Of a stretch of 43,159 nt of DNA, positions 1 to 9,149 are shown one piece after another; within the stretch, counting starts at the first letter, position 1; the number at the start of each line of letters is the position of its first letter. The notes below the pieces were generated by a model that made no database searches, was not told the origin of the DNA, and worked only from the letters and a program-made list of their open reading frames with translations. The position numbers and the translations under genes are program-made. The stretch is from a virus (Duplodnaviria > Caudoviricetes): the IMG/VR virus record IMGVR_UViG_3300017785_002618, positions 1 through 43,159 of that record. One strand, given 5' to 3'.

Positions 1-206
1 AAGCACCTAAAGAAGTGGGTGGTTCTTTCATTTGCTATAACAACCAACTAACCACCTTAAACGGAGCACCTAAAAAAGTAGGTGGTACTTTCGTTTGCGA
101 TAACAACCAGCTAACCAGCTTAGAAGGAGCGCCTAAAGAAGTAGGTGGTTTTTTCGATTGCGATAACAACCAACTAACGACCTTAGCTGGAGCGCCTAAA
201 AAGTAG
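1..206 (+). CDS. 3' part of an LRR-like 21-aa repeat protein (5'-truncated; probably the continuation of copy E from the window end)
   Basis: Frame starting at nt 3 reads APKEV followed by about 3 GGxFxCxNNQLTTLxGAPK units; stop TAG at 204-206. Confidence 0.85.
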   Translation, partial: APKEVGGSFICYNNQLTTLNGAPKKVGGTFVCDNNQLTSLEGAPKEVGGFFDCDNNQLTTLAGAPKK

Positions 207-216
207 GTGGAATATT

Positions 217-768
217 ATGATTTATTTTATATACGGCGCTTTAGTGTTGCCTAATTTAGTTCTCACTTTAATAGGTGTTGTATTTGCGCCTATCTTACCT
301 TTCTTTGCATCAGTTCAATATGGATGGTGCGATAACCATAGCTATGAAGGTTTTGGTCCAAGGCTACCTAGATGGCTTAATTGGTTTATGACTCCAGATA
401 ATGATTTATTTGGCGATGCTACATTTCGAAAATCTAACCCACCAAGTTACTGGGCTATGGCCAAATGGTTGCGTCGTAACCCAGCATATAGTTTTGGGTT
501 AGTAAATTTAAGTTACCCGTATAGAACATCCGTAATCGGTGATAAGACGATTAAGGACAACGACAATGCAAAAGAGGGGTGGTGCTTGGTTAATGCTAAT
601 GGACTCTTTCAGTTCACCTATGTTAAACGGATTTTTTCTAGCAGTCGGTGTGTTTACGTTAATTTGGGCTGGAATATTAGGGGGCTGGTGGATGACAACG
701 TAATGCCTAAACCTCTTACTTGGCAAGCCACTTTTGTGTTTTCTCCTAGAGTATCGGGTTTTAGGTGA
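217..768 (+). CDS. Hypothetical phage protein with N-terminal transmembrane segment
   Basis: 183-aa ORF, hydrophobic N-terminus, Trp-rich body; AGGTGG Shine-Dalgarno-like site upstream. Confidence 0.8.
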   Translation: MIYFIYGALVLPNLVLTLIGVVFAPILPFFASVQYGWCDNHSYEGFGPRLPRWLNWFMTPDNDLFGDATFRKSNPPSYWAMAKWLRRNPAYSFGLVNLSYPYRTSVIGDKTIKDNDNAKEGWCLVNANGLFQFTYVKRIFSSSRCVYVNLGWNIRGLVDDNVMPKPLTWQATFVFSPRVSGFR

Positions 769-801
769 TAATACCTAATGGATAACCCTAGGAAGCAATA
801 A

Positions 802-978
802 ATGAAACTTTTATTAAAAATAATTATTTTTGGAATTTTGTTCTTTGTTCAAGCGAATCTTTTTATTATTCTTGGCACTTCAATAGAAAAAAGAGTCATT
901 TTTCTTGATTGTGAAGAATCGGGTTCATTTGTTATATTGAAACACACTTATTTATGTGCTAATTCAAATGAAAAATAA
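802..978 (+). CDS. Small membrane protein (58 aa, MKLLLKIIIFGILFFVQ...)
   Basis: ATG at 802 with AGGAAG upstream, TAA at 976-978, hydrophobic N-terminus; read manually, below the ORF-track cutoff. Confidence 0.6.
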   Translation: MKLLLKIIIFGILFFVQANLFIILGTSIEKRVIFLDCEESGSFVILKHTYLCANSNEK

Positions 979-1150
979 ACATCAAAACTATTTATTTGTT
1001 GCCTGTTTTTTATTTGGTATTGTTTTGCTTGCAGGGTGGGCGCTTAATATTATTGATATTGCCTACTCAACCAAAATTAACGGCTATATTTTTTTTAGGT
1101 TTTTAGGAATTTTAATAGCTCCGTTGGGAGCTATATTGGGGTATTTTTAA
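968..1150 (+). CDS. Small protein with two transmembrane segments
   Basis: ATG at 968 overlaps the end of the previous ORF; two hydrophobic segments. Confidence 0.7.
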   Translation: MKNKHQNYLFVACFLFGIVLLAGWALNIIDIAYSTKINGYIFFRFLGILIAPLGAILGYF

Positions 1151-1383
1151 GGTAATTATATGCTTGATAGGACATGCTTGTAATTTCTAAATCCCAATAA
1201 ATAGCAACAATAGTCACTAATTCCTCATTAAAAACTCTACCTTTTCATTTTCTCTTACTTTTATTGCCAACCGAAGGAGTTGAGTGGAGCAAGATTGAGA
1301 AGGCTCGTTTCTTAACGGCCTTTACATCATTTGTCGATCTTTTTTATCCAACCAACGAAGATCGCGGCATAAATTGATATTGC

Positions 1384-1423
1384 AAAAAGGCGAAAGCCGC
1401 GCGGGAACGCGGCTTTCTTTTTT
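1384..1423. terminator. Rho-independent terminator, probably bidirectional
   Basis: 10-bp stem GAAAGCCGCG (1392-1401) / CGCGGCTTTC (1408-1417), T-run after it and A-run before it. Confidence 0.8.
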
Positions 1424-1620
1424 CCAATCGTTGTATGCCTCAAGAGGCCCAGAGGTTAAGCTGGTTGACTTAGCAGATCGGAGTTAAAACATGTTGCATT
1501 ACGTATTGCGAGCGTTTCAAAAAATTCGCCTACTGATAATAGGTTAATTACAAACCGCCTTTGGCGTGGTGGTGGGGGTTTACCTCGCCACTACTGCCCA
1601 TGTCTTTCCTGACATGGTCT

Positions 1621-1650
1621 ATTGTAGACCATAGAAGTGGGCGTAGTCAA
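1621..1650 (-). promoter_or_regulatory. Putative sigma70 promoter overlapped by a palindrome
   Basis: Minus strand TTGACT-N18-TACAAT; perfect inverted repeat ATGGTCTA-ttg-TAGACCAT (1614-1632) covers the -10. Confidence 0.45.
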
Positions 1651-1814
1651 GACAAAGACCCTCCAATGAATATTGGAGTTTTGAAATGTATTTTTATCGC
1701 ATTAAAAACGTTTTTGTACGGCAATACACTCGCTTTCGTCGTGGAAAGCAAGAGAGTGTATGTCAACACTGGCGTTCACACCCAGGTCAATTAACTTTGT
1801 TTTGATTTGACCTT

Positions 1815-1850
1815 AACCACATCGTTCTTTTTTGGCGGTGTGGTTTTTTT
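1815..1850 (+). terminator. Rho-independent terminator
   Basis: Stem AACCACATCG / CGGTGTGGTT (one G-U pair) followed by a T-run. Confidence 0.7.
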
Positions 1851-1932
1851 CTTGTCTGAATTGCCGGTCTTTGGCAACAAAACATTTTTATCGGCATGGG
1901 CTATTCGCCGCAAAGCCTCATTAAAGTCAATA

Positions 1933-2361
1933 TCAGCTATAAATGCGAGTGCCTTTAGAATCAATAATTAACGCTTGCCTGCGTGGCTTGTCTTGTGGAG
2001 TGTTTGGGATGCTAATATGTGTCCAGCGATTAAACTCACGGATTACCTGATCGAACGCAATATCAGAAGCAATGACGGATTTTACGACTTGATCTGGGGT
2101 CATTCCCGGAACTCTTATGTCGGCAGCACATCCAAGGCGATGCTGACTACTGTCTTTAGAGCCAGCAGCGATATTAACAGCACGAGACCGATAAGCGCTG
2201 TTGATAATAATAGGTTTGCCACCCAAGAGCGTTTTAACGCCTTCCAAAAATGTCGCCAACCTTTTAAGATTTTCAAGTTCTGCCTCGTTTGGTGTATTGT
2301 CTAATTCTCGATGGTCTGTGTGAGTTAGTTCTTCGTAGGTAAAATGTGGACTTAATTTCAT
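1933..2361 (-). CDS. Endolysin, peptidase M15-type (D-Ala-D-Ala carboxypeptidase-like)
   Basis: MKLSPHFTYEEL start, SAYRS, SQH...AAD and WTHIS zinc-binding motifs. Confidence 0.88.
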   Translation of the reverse strand: MKLSPHFTYEELTHTDHRELDNTPNEAELENLKRLATFLEGVKTLLGGKPIIINSAYRSRAVNIAAGSKDSSQHRLGCAADIRVPGMTPDQVVKSVIASDIAFDQVIREFNRWTHISIPNTPQDKPRRQALIIDSKGTRIYS

Positions 2362-2837
2362 TTTGTTCCCATGTTTTTGTCTTTGTCTTTGCTTCCTTGG
2401 CTAGATCCGTAGAAAAAATTAAAAATAGCCGCTACTGCCGTTCCCAATAAAAATCCAAGGATGATATTGGCAAAATTTTCCCCATGTTCTGGCAACGGCA
2501 AAAAAGTAACCATTCCAAAATAAATCATGGAAAAAATAGACCAAATGATAGCAAACCAATATATAAAATCTTTGGCAAATTTATCGTCTTGTTGCAAAGC
2601 TGAAATTTGCATTTTTCTTGCCGAATCTCGATCTTGTGCGTAGGTTTTTTCAAACTCTAAATTCAAAGATTCTAATTGAAGTTTTATCTCTGGCGATTCC
2701 AATGCAGCGGGAATATTTCTTGGATCTACTCCTAGTTTATTGGCTAACCAGTCTACCGCCAATCCACCAGCCGGACCAGCAATAGCAGTGGCTATGCTTG
2801 GAGCTATATTCTTTAGTATGTCAGATATTTTATCCAT
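2358..2837 (-). CDS. Holin-like membrane protein
   Basis: Hydrophobic N-terminus, DRDSAR motif, two C-terminal TM helices, FFYGSS end; adjacent to endolysin. Confidence 0.7.
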   Translation of the reverse strand: MDKISDILKNIAPSIATAIAGPAGGLAVDWLANKLGVDPRNIPAALESPEIKLQLESLNLEFEKTYAQDRDSARKMQISALQQDDKFAKDFIYWFAIIWSIFSMIYFGMVTFLPLPEHGENFANIILGFLLGTAVAAIFNFFYGSSQGSKDKDKNMGTK

Positions 2838-2839
2838 GA

Positions 2840-3082
2840 TTAACGATGATATTTAATGCCATCAACAATTCCAACCCAAGTGGAAGCGGCAATGGCTACA
2901 AATATCATGGCAACAACAGCCATAAACCCGCCATTGCTGGCTTTGCGGATTTTTCTTCCAAAGCGTAAATCTTCCCTAAATTCCTCAACAGATTCCGCAT
3001 TTGAAATATCCACTCCAATAATAAAAAACACTCGCTTTATTGCATCTTCGGCGATTTTGTTTAATTGATCTTCATTATTCAT
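2840..3082 (-). CDS. Small membrane protein, possible holin/antiholin
   Basis: C-terminal TM helix; position in lysis cluster. Confidence 0.6.
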   Translation of the reverse strand: MNNEDQLNKIAEDAIKRVFFIIGVDISNAESVEEFREDLRFGRKIRKASNGGFMAVVAMIFVAIAASTWVGIVDGIKYHR

Positions 3083-3084
3083 TT

Positions 3085-3384
3085 TTAAAAGCCATCAGGT
3101 TTTGGGTATTTTTGTTTTACGGCTAGGCATTTTTGCCTATATTCTTCTAGTGCTTTTTGATCGTCTTTTACCCAAGCATCAACAAACTCACCAATTTCAG
3201 GATAAAAATTTATGCGTTGCCTTACATAATCCATAGATGCTATTTTGGATTCAAATTCTTTTTCAAAATTTAATTTTCCAATAACTTGTGATTCTTCAAT
3301 AGTTATCTCAATCAATCCTTCTGGAATTTCTTTTTCTTCTTCATATCCAAAAAGATTATTGTCTTTGTCTTTGTAATGTTTCAT
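3085..3384 (-). CDS. Tail fibre assembly/chaperone-like protein
   Basis: MKHYKD start and YP...VKQKYPKP end are typical of genes following tail fibres. Confidence 0.65.
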   Translation of the reverse strand: MKHYKDKDNNLFGYEEEKEIPEGLIEITIEESQVIGKLNFEKEFESKIASMDYVRQRINFYPEIGEFVDAWVKDDQKALEEYRQKCLAVKQKYPKPDGF

Positions 3385-3391
3385 TTTTACC

Positions 3392-4444
3392 TTAATAAAG
3401 TTCTGTCCAATTTAAAACCCCTTGACCGCTACCGAGGTAATAAGATTGATAAGGGGGCACAATAATAAACGCACCGCCATAAGAGCCGCATCCGTTAAAT
3501 TGCCATCTAAAATAGCTAACTTGGACTCCATTTACATAGGCATCAATAGAAGAGCCTGTGCTACAAGTTGTAGAAGCACCTACCGCTATTGGATATGGAT
3601 AAGGATTTGTATATAAAATATTAAATCCTCTATAATCAGTTAAATTTTTCCAAGTCTCACCACCATATCCCAATCCTTTAATAGATTGCAATGGCGTATA
3701 TCCAAGAGCAGTAATAACATCGTTTGCATTTAAAGTAATTGCACCTACTCGATTATTAAAACTTGCTACTTTTGCAGAATCACCAAAATAAACATTATTA
3801 CCATCACTATAAATATAAGTTGATTCGCCCTGTGTTAGTGTAACCCCCGTACCGCTTGTTGTTTTAGCCGTTAAAGAAAATGACCCAGTGGAGTTGTTTT
3901 GAACAATCCATTGTCCAACAATATTCGGAAAAATAAGGTTTCTAGCGCCTGTTTTAACGCCGCTAACAGTAATAATTGGGTAGGCAGCTTGTAACTGCGT
4001 CAAGGTTACATTTGATGTCGTAACGGATACAGGTTCAGACCCTTTAAAAATAAAAGGAACCCATCCATTTGAACTGAGAGAATCTGGGTCAGTTGTATTG
4101 TTTTCTGAAGTGCTTATCCATAATCCACCAAAAGTAGATTGCACTACTGCGCCTTTTGGATATCCGTTTATTAATGTAGAAAATCCAGCATCATAAGTAA
4201 AAAAACCTCCAGCAGATTGCCATTGCTGGATTGCCGTAATTTCATTCAAGATGCCGTTAAAATCTGCGCCTGATGGGGGCTTTCCTCCAGCAGATAACGG
4301 GGTAAATGTAAGAGGGGGGAAGCCATCGGTTAAAGACGCTTTTCCATCTACAATTCCAATTTGAGAATTTACTGGAATAGTATTTTTTGTCCCAGCGTAA
4401 GCAAAGGGAAGCGGAATTTTTGAAGGGATATTACTACTTTGCAT
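3392..4444 (-). CDS. Tail fibre protein
   Basis: N-terminal baseplate-attachment region (PFA...GFPPLT...GGKPP.G.DFNGIL...GYPKGA), VASFNNRVGAITL shaft motif. Confidence 0.88.
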   Translation of the reverse strand: MQSSNIPSKIPLPFAYAGTKNTIPVNSQIGIVDGKASLTDGFPPLTFTPLSAGGKPPSGADFNGILNEITAIQQWQSAGGFFTYDAGFSTLINGYPKGAVVQSTFGGLWISTSENNTTDPDSLSSNGWVPFIFKGSEPVSVTTSNVTLTQLQAAYPIITVSGVKTGARNLIFPNIVGQWIVQNNSTGSFSLTAKTTSGTGVTLTQGESTYIYSDGNNVYFGDSAKVASFNNRVGAITLNANDVITALGYTPLQSIKGLGYGGETWKNLTDYRGFNILYTNPYPYPIAVGASTTCSTGSSIDAYVNGVQVSYFRWQFNGCGSYGGAFIIVPPYQSYYLGSGQGVLNWTELY

Positions 4445-4453
4445 TTTTTATCC

Positions 4454-5053
4454 TTAATATGTAACAATAAGTTTAACGCCTGCTGGTTTTGGAAAAACGC
4501 CCGAATTTTCAATAATAGCTAATTGGGTTTTGCTAGGAATAAAATCAAAATGATAAATGAAATACTGATTTAGGGTATCAATTACATAAGCAATTCCATA
4601 AGGGCTTCCATCAATCGAATTTCCAAAAAATTTCCTAAGAAATGAATTTAACTTAGGAACTGATAAATCACTAATATTTGCTTCGGCTTTAATCAATATA
4701 AGCTGACGATACACATTATCTGAAAGCTCATAAGTATTTGTTAGTGAATTACTTGTATAAAAAGGTGCTTGTCCAAAGGGTTGTGGACCTGTTTCTTCAT
4801 ATTGAGGTAAATAGGCTTCTGAAAAACCAAAATAATTATCAGAAATTTCTATCTCTAAAAATCGAGAAACATTAACTATTTGACCCCAAATATCAAGACC
4901 AATCCCTTCTGCTGTATATACATTTCTAATTTTTGAATACAGATTAGCAATATCATCTGTTGGGTCAATAGCTGAATTAAGAGCCTCTAATATCGCCCTA
5001 ATTGTTGGAGATGCACAATATTGACTTAATAATGTTTTGTCCCAATTTTGCAT
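4454..5053 (-). CDS. Baseplate wedge protein (DUF2612-like)
   Basis: SQY..SP, A.G.GLDIWG.IV, LSD..YR and PKPAGV motifs; follows baseplate J. Confidence 0.85.
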   Translation of the reverse strand: MQNWDKTLLSQYCASPTIRAILEALNSAIDPTDDIANLYSKIRNVYTAEGIGLDIWGQIVNVSRFLEIEISDNYFGFSEAYLPQYEETGPQPFGQAPFYTSNSLTNTYELSDNVYRQLILIKAEANISDLSVPKLNSFLRKFFGNSIDGSPYGIAYVIDTLNQYFIYHFDFIPSKTQLAIIENSGVFPKPAGVKLIVTY

Positions 5054-5054
5054 A

Positions 5055-6263
5055 TTAAACCAAAGTTACTAATATTTGTTCAGCAGAAATAATAGGAAGT
5101 TGATTTATTCCAAAAGCCGCTAATAGCGTAGTTGGATTAGGTGTTAAACCTACATAAACTTCAATAGTATTTATATATGGATTTATGGCGTTGATATTTG
5201 CATAATATTTTCCCGAATAAGTAGTAGAAGCTATGCCAACTTTTGACCCGCCATCTTGCCCATAAAATGATTCAATAACTGCATTTTTAATTAAATCTTC
5301 AATATTTGACGGAAGCAAAGGAGAGTTTTCAATTTCTATTTTGAAATAAATAGGGATTGAATCGGGTATAAGAAAGGTAACCTGATAACTAGGTTGTGGG
5401 ACTGGATAAGAATCGTCATAGACTGTTTCTGAGATATTTCCAGTGTATAGGCATCCGGGCGGCTTTTTATTCCATATTGCCTTAGCTATATCGTTTGAGT
5501 TTCCACCGGCCACACTTACGCAAACACAATGCGGAACTAAAGGATAATTTGTTGCTCCATAATCTACAGTTGCGTTTTCATTGTTTTCCACAACAAAAGC
5601 ATCAATTACATTAGGAACGGATAGCACTGAAGCGTGAATAGATTGCAATGAATTGCGTGAATTTATAGCCACGCTGTTTTTTCTGCGTAGTTCAAATTCC
5701 TCACGAGATTCCACATCATTACCTAAAAATCCACCTTCTGTATTAGTTATTGAATCTAATCCAGCGACTGCCGTATAAATTTTATTTAAAGCACCGATGG
5801 CGCAGGGTATTGGTCCAGTTGATTGATTTTGAAATTGAACTACTACAAAACCATTAGCCCCAATTACCGCAGATGAAGTTGAAGCATATAAATATCCATT
5901 GGTATCTTGTGCAATAGTGCCACTTGGAATTGGTGCGCCTACTGCACCATTACAGGTAACATTTACTATCGTGCCTGTTGCTTGGATTCTTTCCATAAAA
6001 TAGATATACCCAATGGCATCTTGCCAAATACCCGAAGCCATAGAAGGATTCATCTGATTGGCTATATAGGCTATTTGATCGTTTTTATCGCCAATAATAG
6101 CCGTTTCAGATTGTGCTAATTGACCTTGTGGGCTTTGCAAGGATGCGTTTACGCCACCCCCAAAGGCTGAATCAATATCAGCCTGTACCCCTGCTAATAT
6201 GTCTAATTCTTGAGGAAGTACGGGAGAGCCGTTAGACCAAGTAATTGATGGAACATTGCTCAT
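5055..6263 (-). CDS. Baseplate J/gp47-like protein
   Basis: SPQGQL, ASGIWQDAIG, G.DVESREEFELRR motifs; gene order. Confidence 0.88.
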   Translation of the reverse strand: MSNVPSITWSNGSPVLPQELDILAGVQADIDSAFGGGVNASLQSPQGQLAQSETAIIGDKNDQIAYIANQMNPSMASGIWQDAIGYIYFMERIQATGTIVNVTCNGAVGAPIPSGTIAQDTNGYLYASTSSAVIGANGFVVVQFQNQSTGPIPCAIGALNKIYTAVAGLDSITNTEGGFLGNDVESREEFELRRKNSVAINSRNSLQSIHASVLSVPNVIDAFVVENNENATVDYGATNYPLVPHCVCVSVAGGNSNDIAKAIWNKKPPGCLYTGNISETVYDDSYPVPQPSYQVTFLIPDSIPIYFKIEIENSPLLPSNIEDLIKNAVIESFYGQDGGSKVGIASTTYSGKYYANINAINPYINTIEVYVGLTPNPTTLLAAFGINQLPIISAEQILVTLV

Positions 6264-6631
6264 TGAATATCTCCAAGAGAAATGTTATTTTCTGCGCCAT
6301 CGGTATCAATAATATATATATTGCCTGTTAGCTGCCTGTTTTCAAAAGCAGTAAAACTTACGTCTGCCGTTACAACATTTTGAATTGTCATAGCTTGATC
6401 TATTATTCTTTGCCTTACCAAGGACATAGGTGGTAAATAACCTAAAGTATCTCGCCAATACGGGATTCCCAAGGCATTATCATACCAGCACTCACCCAAA
6501 AATGTCCTTGTTGCGCTTGCTACATCTTGGGCTATTGAGTAGGGAGCGCCAGCCAACGCAATATCACCATTGGCATCCAAAACCAAGTCCCATGCGTCTT
6601 GATCGAGTAATAATGTATTTTGAATAATCAT
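6260..6631 (-). CDS. Baseplate wedge initiator (gp25/gp46-like)
   Basis: WDLVLD..GDIA and TFLGECWYD...GIPY motifs. Confidence 0.8.
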   Translation of the reverse strand: MIIQNTLLLDQDAWDLVLDANGDIALAGAPYSIAQDVASATRTFLGECWYDNALGIPYWRDTLGYLPPMSLVRQRIIDQAMTIQNVVTADVSFTAFENRQLTGNIYIIDTDGAENNISLGDIQ

Positions 6632-7371
6632 ACAGGGCTTCCAGTTTGACCACCGCCAGTTTGCACTCCACCATGTTTATGAGTTTTAAGGCTAATACCT
6701 CCCCCAATAACATCAGATGCCTCAACTGTTGATGGTGTAGTAATTGATCCGGCAAAAATAGCGTTTCCTGACCCTGCCGTTTGCGATATTGGACCATTTA
6801 ACACAATCGCAGCAGAGTTAATACTACAAGAAGTAGAGGCATCAATTTGAACAATAGGAGCTTCTAATTTAATTTTTGTCGGAGAAAATATATTTATTCC
6901 TTCGCTATTAAATTGTAGATATTGAGTTGGTGCTGACCCGATAATTGTCATCAGATATACCATGTCCGACATATCGCATTTTCTATTGCTTCCGGGCGCA
7001 GATATATCGCCACCAGTATTTTTAACTGTTGAAATATCTCTATCGCAAACTGTTGCAATACCAATATCACCTACAACTGGATCAATAATAACGGCATTAT
7101 TGCCGCCTTGGATACGCATATAAGGGACATTGTAAATAATTCCATGCTCTGAGGCTATTCCGTTAGCATCCACTAGATTAACCAATGGCTGAACATCAAG
7201 ATAACCAATGGGTGATAAACCACCGCTATTTTCAACGCTTACAACTTTAACGGGCATGGAAGTTCTAATGCCTGATAACGCTGTCTTTATTAAGAATTGG
7301 ATTCTGCCAAGCTCTGAAGAAATATCTCCAGCTACGGCATTTATGGGGGATTGATTAGCTTTGGCTGACAT
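6628..7371 (-). CDS. Baseplate central spike (Gp138/gpV-like)
   Basis: OB-fold region (VQPLV, DPVVGDIG, DRDIS) and C-terminal iron-binding HKH-GGVQTG. Confidence 0.9.
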   Translation of the reverse strand: MSAKANQSPINAVAGDISSELGRIQFLIKTALSGIRTSMPVKVVSVENSGGLSPIGYLDVQPLVNLVDANGIASEHGIIYNVPYMRIQGGNNAVIIDPVVGDIGIATVCDRDISTVKNTGGDISAPGSNRKCDMSDMVYLMTIIGSAPTQYLQFNSEGINIFSPTKIKLEAPIVQIDASTSCSINSAAIVLNGPISQTAGSGNAIFAGSITTPSTVEASDVIGGGISLKTHKHGGVQTGGGQTGSPV

Positions 7372-8221
7372 AAGAGCTTGGACTTAATATTACATTGGTA
7401 AACCAAGGACCATCGGGAGTTAATGTACTCAATTCATGGGCAGAGCTTTGAATTGGCGCTTTTCCATTTGCCTTGGGTATTACGGTCTTTAAATTAACAA
7501 TTCTACCGTTAATCATATTTGGGTTATATTCAGTTTTAATGCTAAACCCGATCTCATTAAATGACGGATAGCCAATAAGCCCAGTTTCTGAACTGACATC
7601 AATAACCATATTATCTCTTGTGCCGTCATTAGGCCATATAGATATTACATTGCCATCAATAGACAGCGGGATGCTGGAATATTTGGCTAATTTTTGAATC
7701 TGATTGATTATTGAGCCATATACATATTGATTCTGAACAACTGCATGAGCGCCGTTGTTTTTAAATGTCCAAGGCGAACCCATCTGTTTTACTAATGATT
7801 CTATAAGAACCTCAACATCCTGAGTACCTTTCCAGCTATTAGCCTTTGCTGGGTTGGCTTTTTCCCATAATCCAGACTGAGCGCTGCACACAAAAGCCAC
7901 TTCTGGAACGGATGAAAAATCAATATAACTTTTTAAAACTTGACCGCTAAATACCTGCCCTATTACTTCGTTTTGGTCTCCAGCAAGAATGGTGACTGTG
8001 ATCTTATTTAAAGCTAAAGCACCTTGTGCAGTAGTAGCACCAGTGCTTGAGTATTTATTCATTTGATCTAATGTCATGCCGTTAATGACTATTTCAGCAT
8101 TAGAAAAAGCATTAGCCCCGCCCGCATTTCTAATCAACGCATGGCATCTAAGGCCTTCTAAATATAACTCTTTCCCATCAATAGAAAAGATAATTGTTAA
8201 TTGCTTTTTTGCAAATGTCAT
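7355..8221 (-). CDS. Baseplate hub protein
   Basis: TGLIGYP motif; position before the spike. Confidence 0.8.
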   Translation of the reverse strand: MTFAKKQLTIIFSIDGKELYLEGLRCHALIRNAGGANAFSNAEIVINGMTLDQMNKYSSTGATTAQGALALNKITVTILAGDQNEVIGQVFSGQVLKSYIDFSSVPEVAFVCSAQSGLWEKANPAKANSWKGTQDVEVLIESLVKQMGSPWTFKNNGAHAVVQNQYVYGSIINQIQKLAKYSSIPLSIDGNVISIWPNDGTRDNMVIDVSSETGLIGYPSFNEIGFSIKTEYNPNMINGRIVNLKTVIPKANGKAPIQSSAHELSTLTPDGPWFTNVILSPSSYVSQS

Positions 8222-8511
8222 ACTTCATACACCAATGCAAACCTATTGCCCAATCCTTCCCATGATGGGTCTGATTGACCCTTCGTATCAACAAAAGAAA
8301 GCTGTCCATTAAAGCCTAAATAAGAATTTCTAATCAATCCAACTTGATTTAAGCAAAGCATAGTTTGAGCAACTGGCGAACCATCTAAAAACAGATCAAA
8401 ATATAGACCTGTGCTTTTTTGGTATATATTGATTGTGCAACTTTGACTATCCAACTGAATTGTAAAAGTCTGAGATTGAGTAGCAATAATTGGTATTGTT
8501 GAAGTTGTCAT
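8218..8511 (-). CDS. Baseplate plug/hub-associated protein
   Basis: YLGFNGQLSFVD and DPSWEGLG.RF.LVY motifs; gene order. Confidence 0.75.
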   Translation of the reverse strand: MTTSTIPIIATQSQTFTIQLDSQSCTINIYQKSTGLYFDLFLDGSPVAQTMLCLNQVGLIRNSYLGFNGQLSFVDTKGQSDPSWEGLGNRFALVYEV

Positions 8512-9149
8512 TTAAAACTACCAATCCCAGCAGAAGAAGGCTTAAACGAGCCAAAGAAGTCTTTAACAGTCGTAGTTAGTTCTCCTAAGAATGTTTTTTC
8601 ACTCCCCGATGGTTGCGTGGTTTTTTTCTTTTCTCGACTCACTACTCTTACTTGCTGAAAAAATAGCTGGGCAATAATAAGTTGAGCGCCTCTATTAGAT
8701 TCCCTTCGATAATCTACGTGTATTAAATTACAATCTTGATAGCTTCGGTCAGGAGTTGCAATAGTTAGCAATTCAACTGAATCAAGGGCTTTGTTAATGG
8801 CGTTTAAAAAATCACTTTTTTTCATTTTCCCCTTGCTACCACTACAAGTAACGGTAATTTGAATATCAAAAGGAACGGCTACTTTGTTATAACTTTGAAA
8901 ACCGCCATTTTCAATGGGATATGTTGGAATCCTTCGTTCTTCTTTGTAAGAAAAAGAAACCACAGAATCAGGCGTAATTAGCTTTTTATCGTTTTCATCT
9001 AATATTTCCCATTTGGTAGAAAACAAAGAATCGGGCAGTATTTGACCCACAACATTAAGCGCACCACCGACAAACTGGGCATTGTTGCTACGGTTTAATG
9101 CGGGGACACCGGGAAGCTGAGGGACATTAGGATAGGGTATTAACGGCAT
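8508..9149 (-). CDS. Tail tube initiator / Dit-like baseplate protein
   Basis: YPIENGGFQSYNKV and TPDRSY motifs; follows tape measure. Confidence 0.78.
   Translation of the reverse strand: MPLIPYPNVPQLPGVPALNRSNNAQFVGGALNVVGQILPDSLFSTKWEILDENDKKLITPDSVVSFSYKEERRIPTYPIENGGFQSYNKVAVPFDIQITVTCSGSKGKMKKSDFLNAINKALDSVELLTIATPDRSYQDCNLIHVDYRRESNRGAQLIIAQLFFQQVRVVSREKKKTTQPSGSEKTFLGELTTTVKDFFGSFKPSSAGIGSFK

Noticed and set aside
1378-1932. tRNA genes or an attP site in the intergenic regions
   Set aside because: No cloverleaf with T-loop and CCA was found, and there is no integrase
1975-2304. Opposite-strand or nested ORFs in the late region (also 10080-10571, 27532-27942, 28544-28849 and similar)
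   Set aside because: They overlap well-supported genes and show no recognisable motifs
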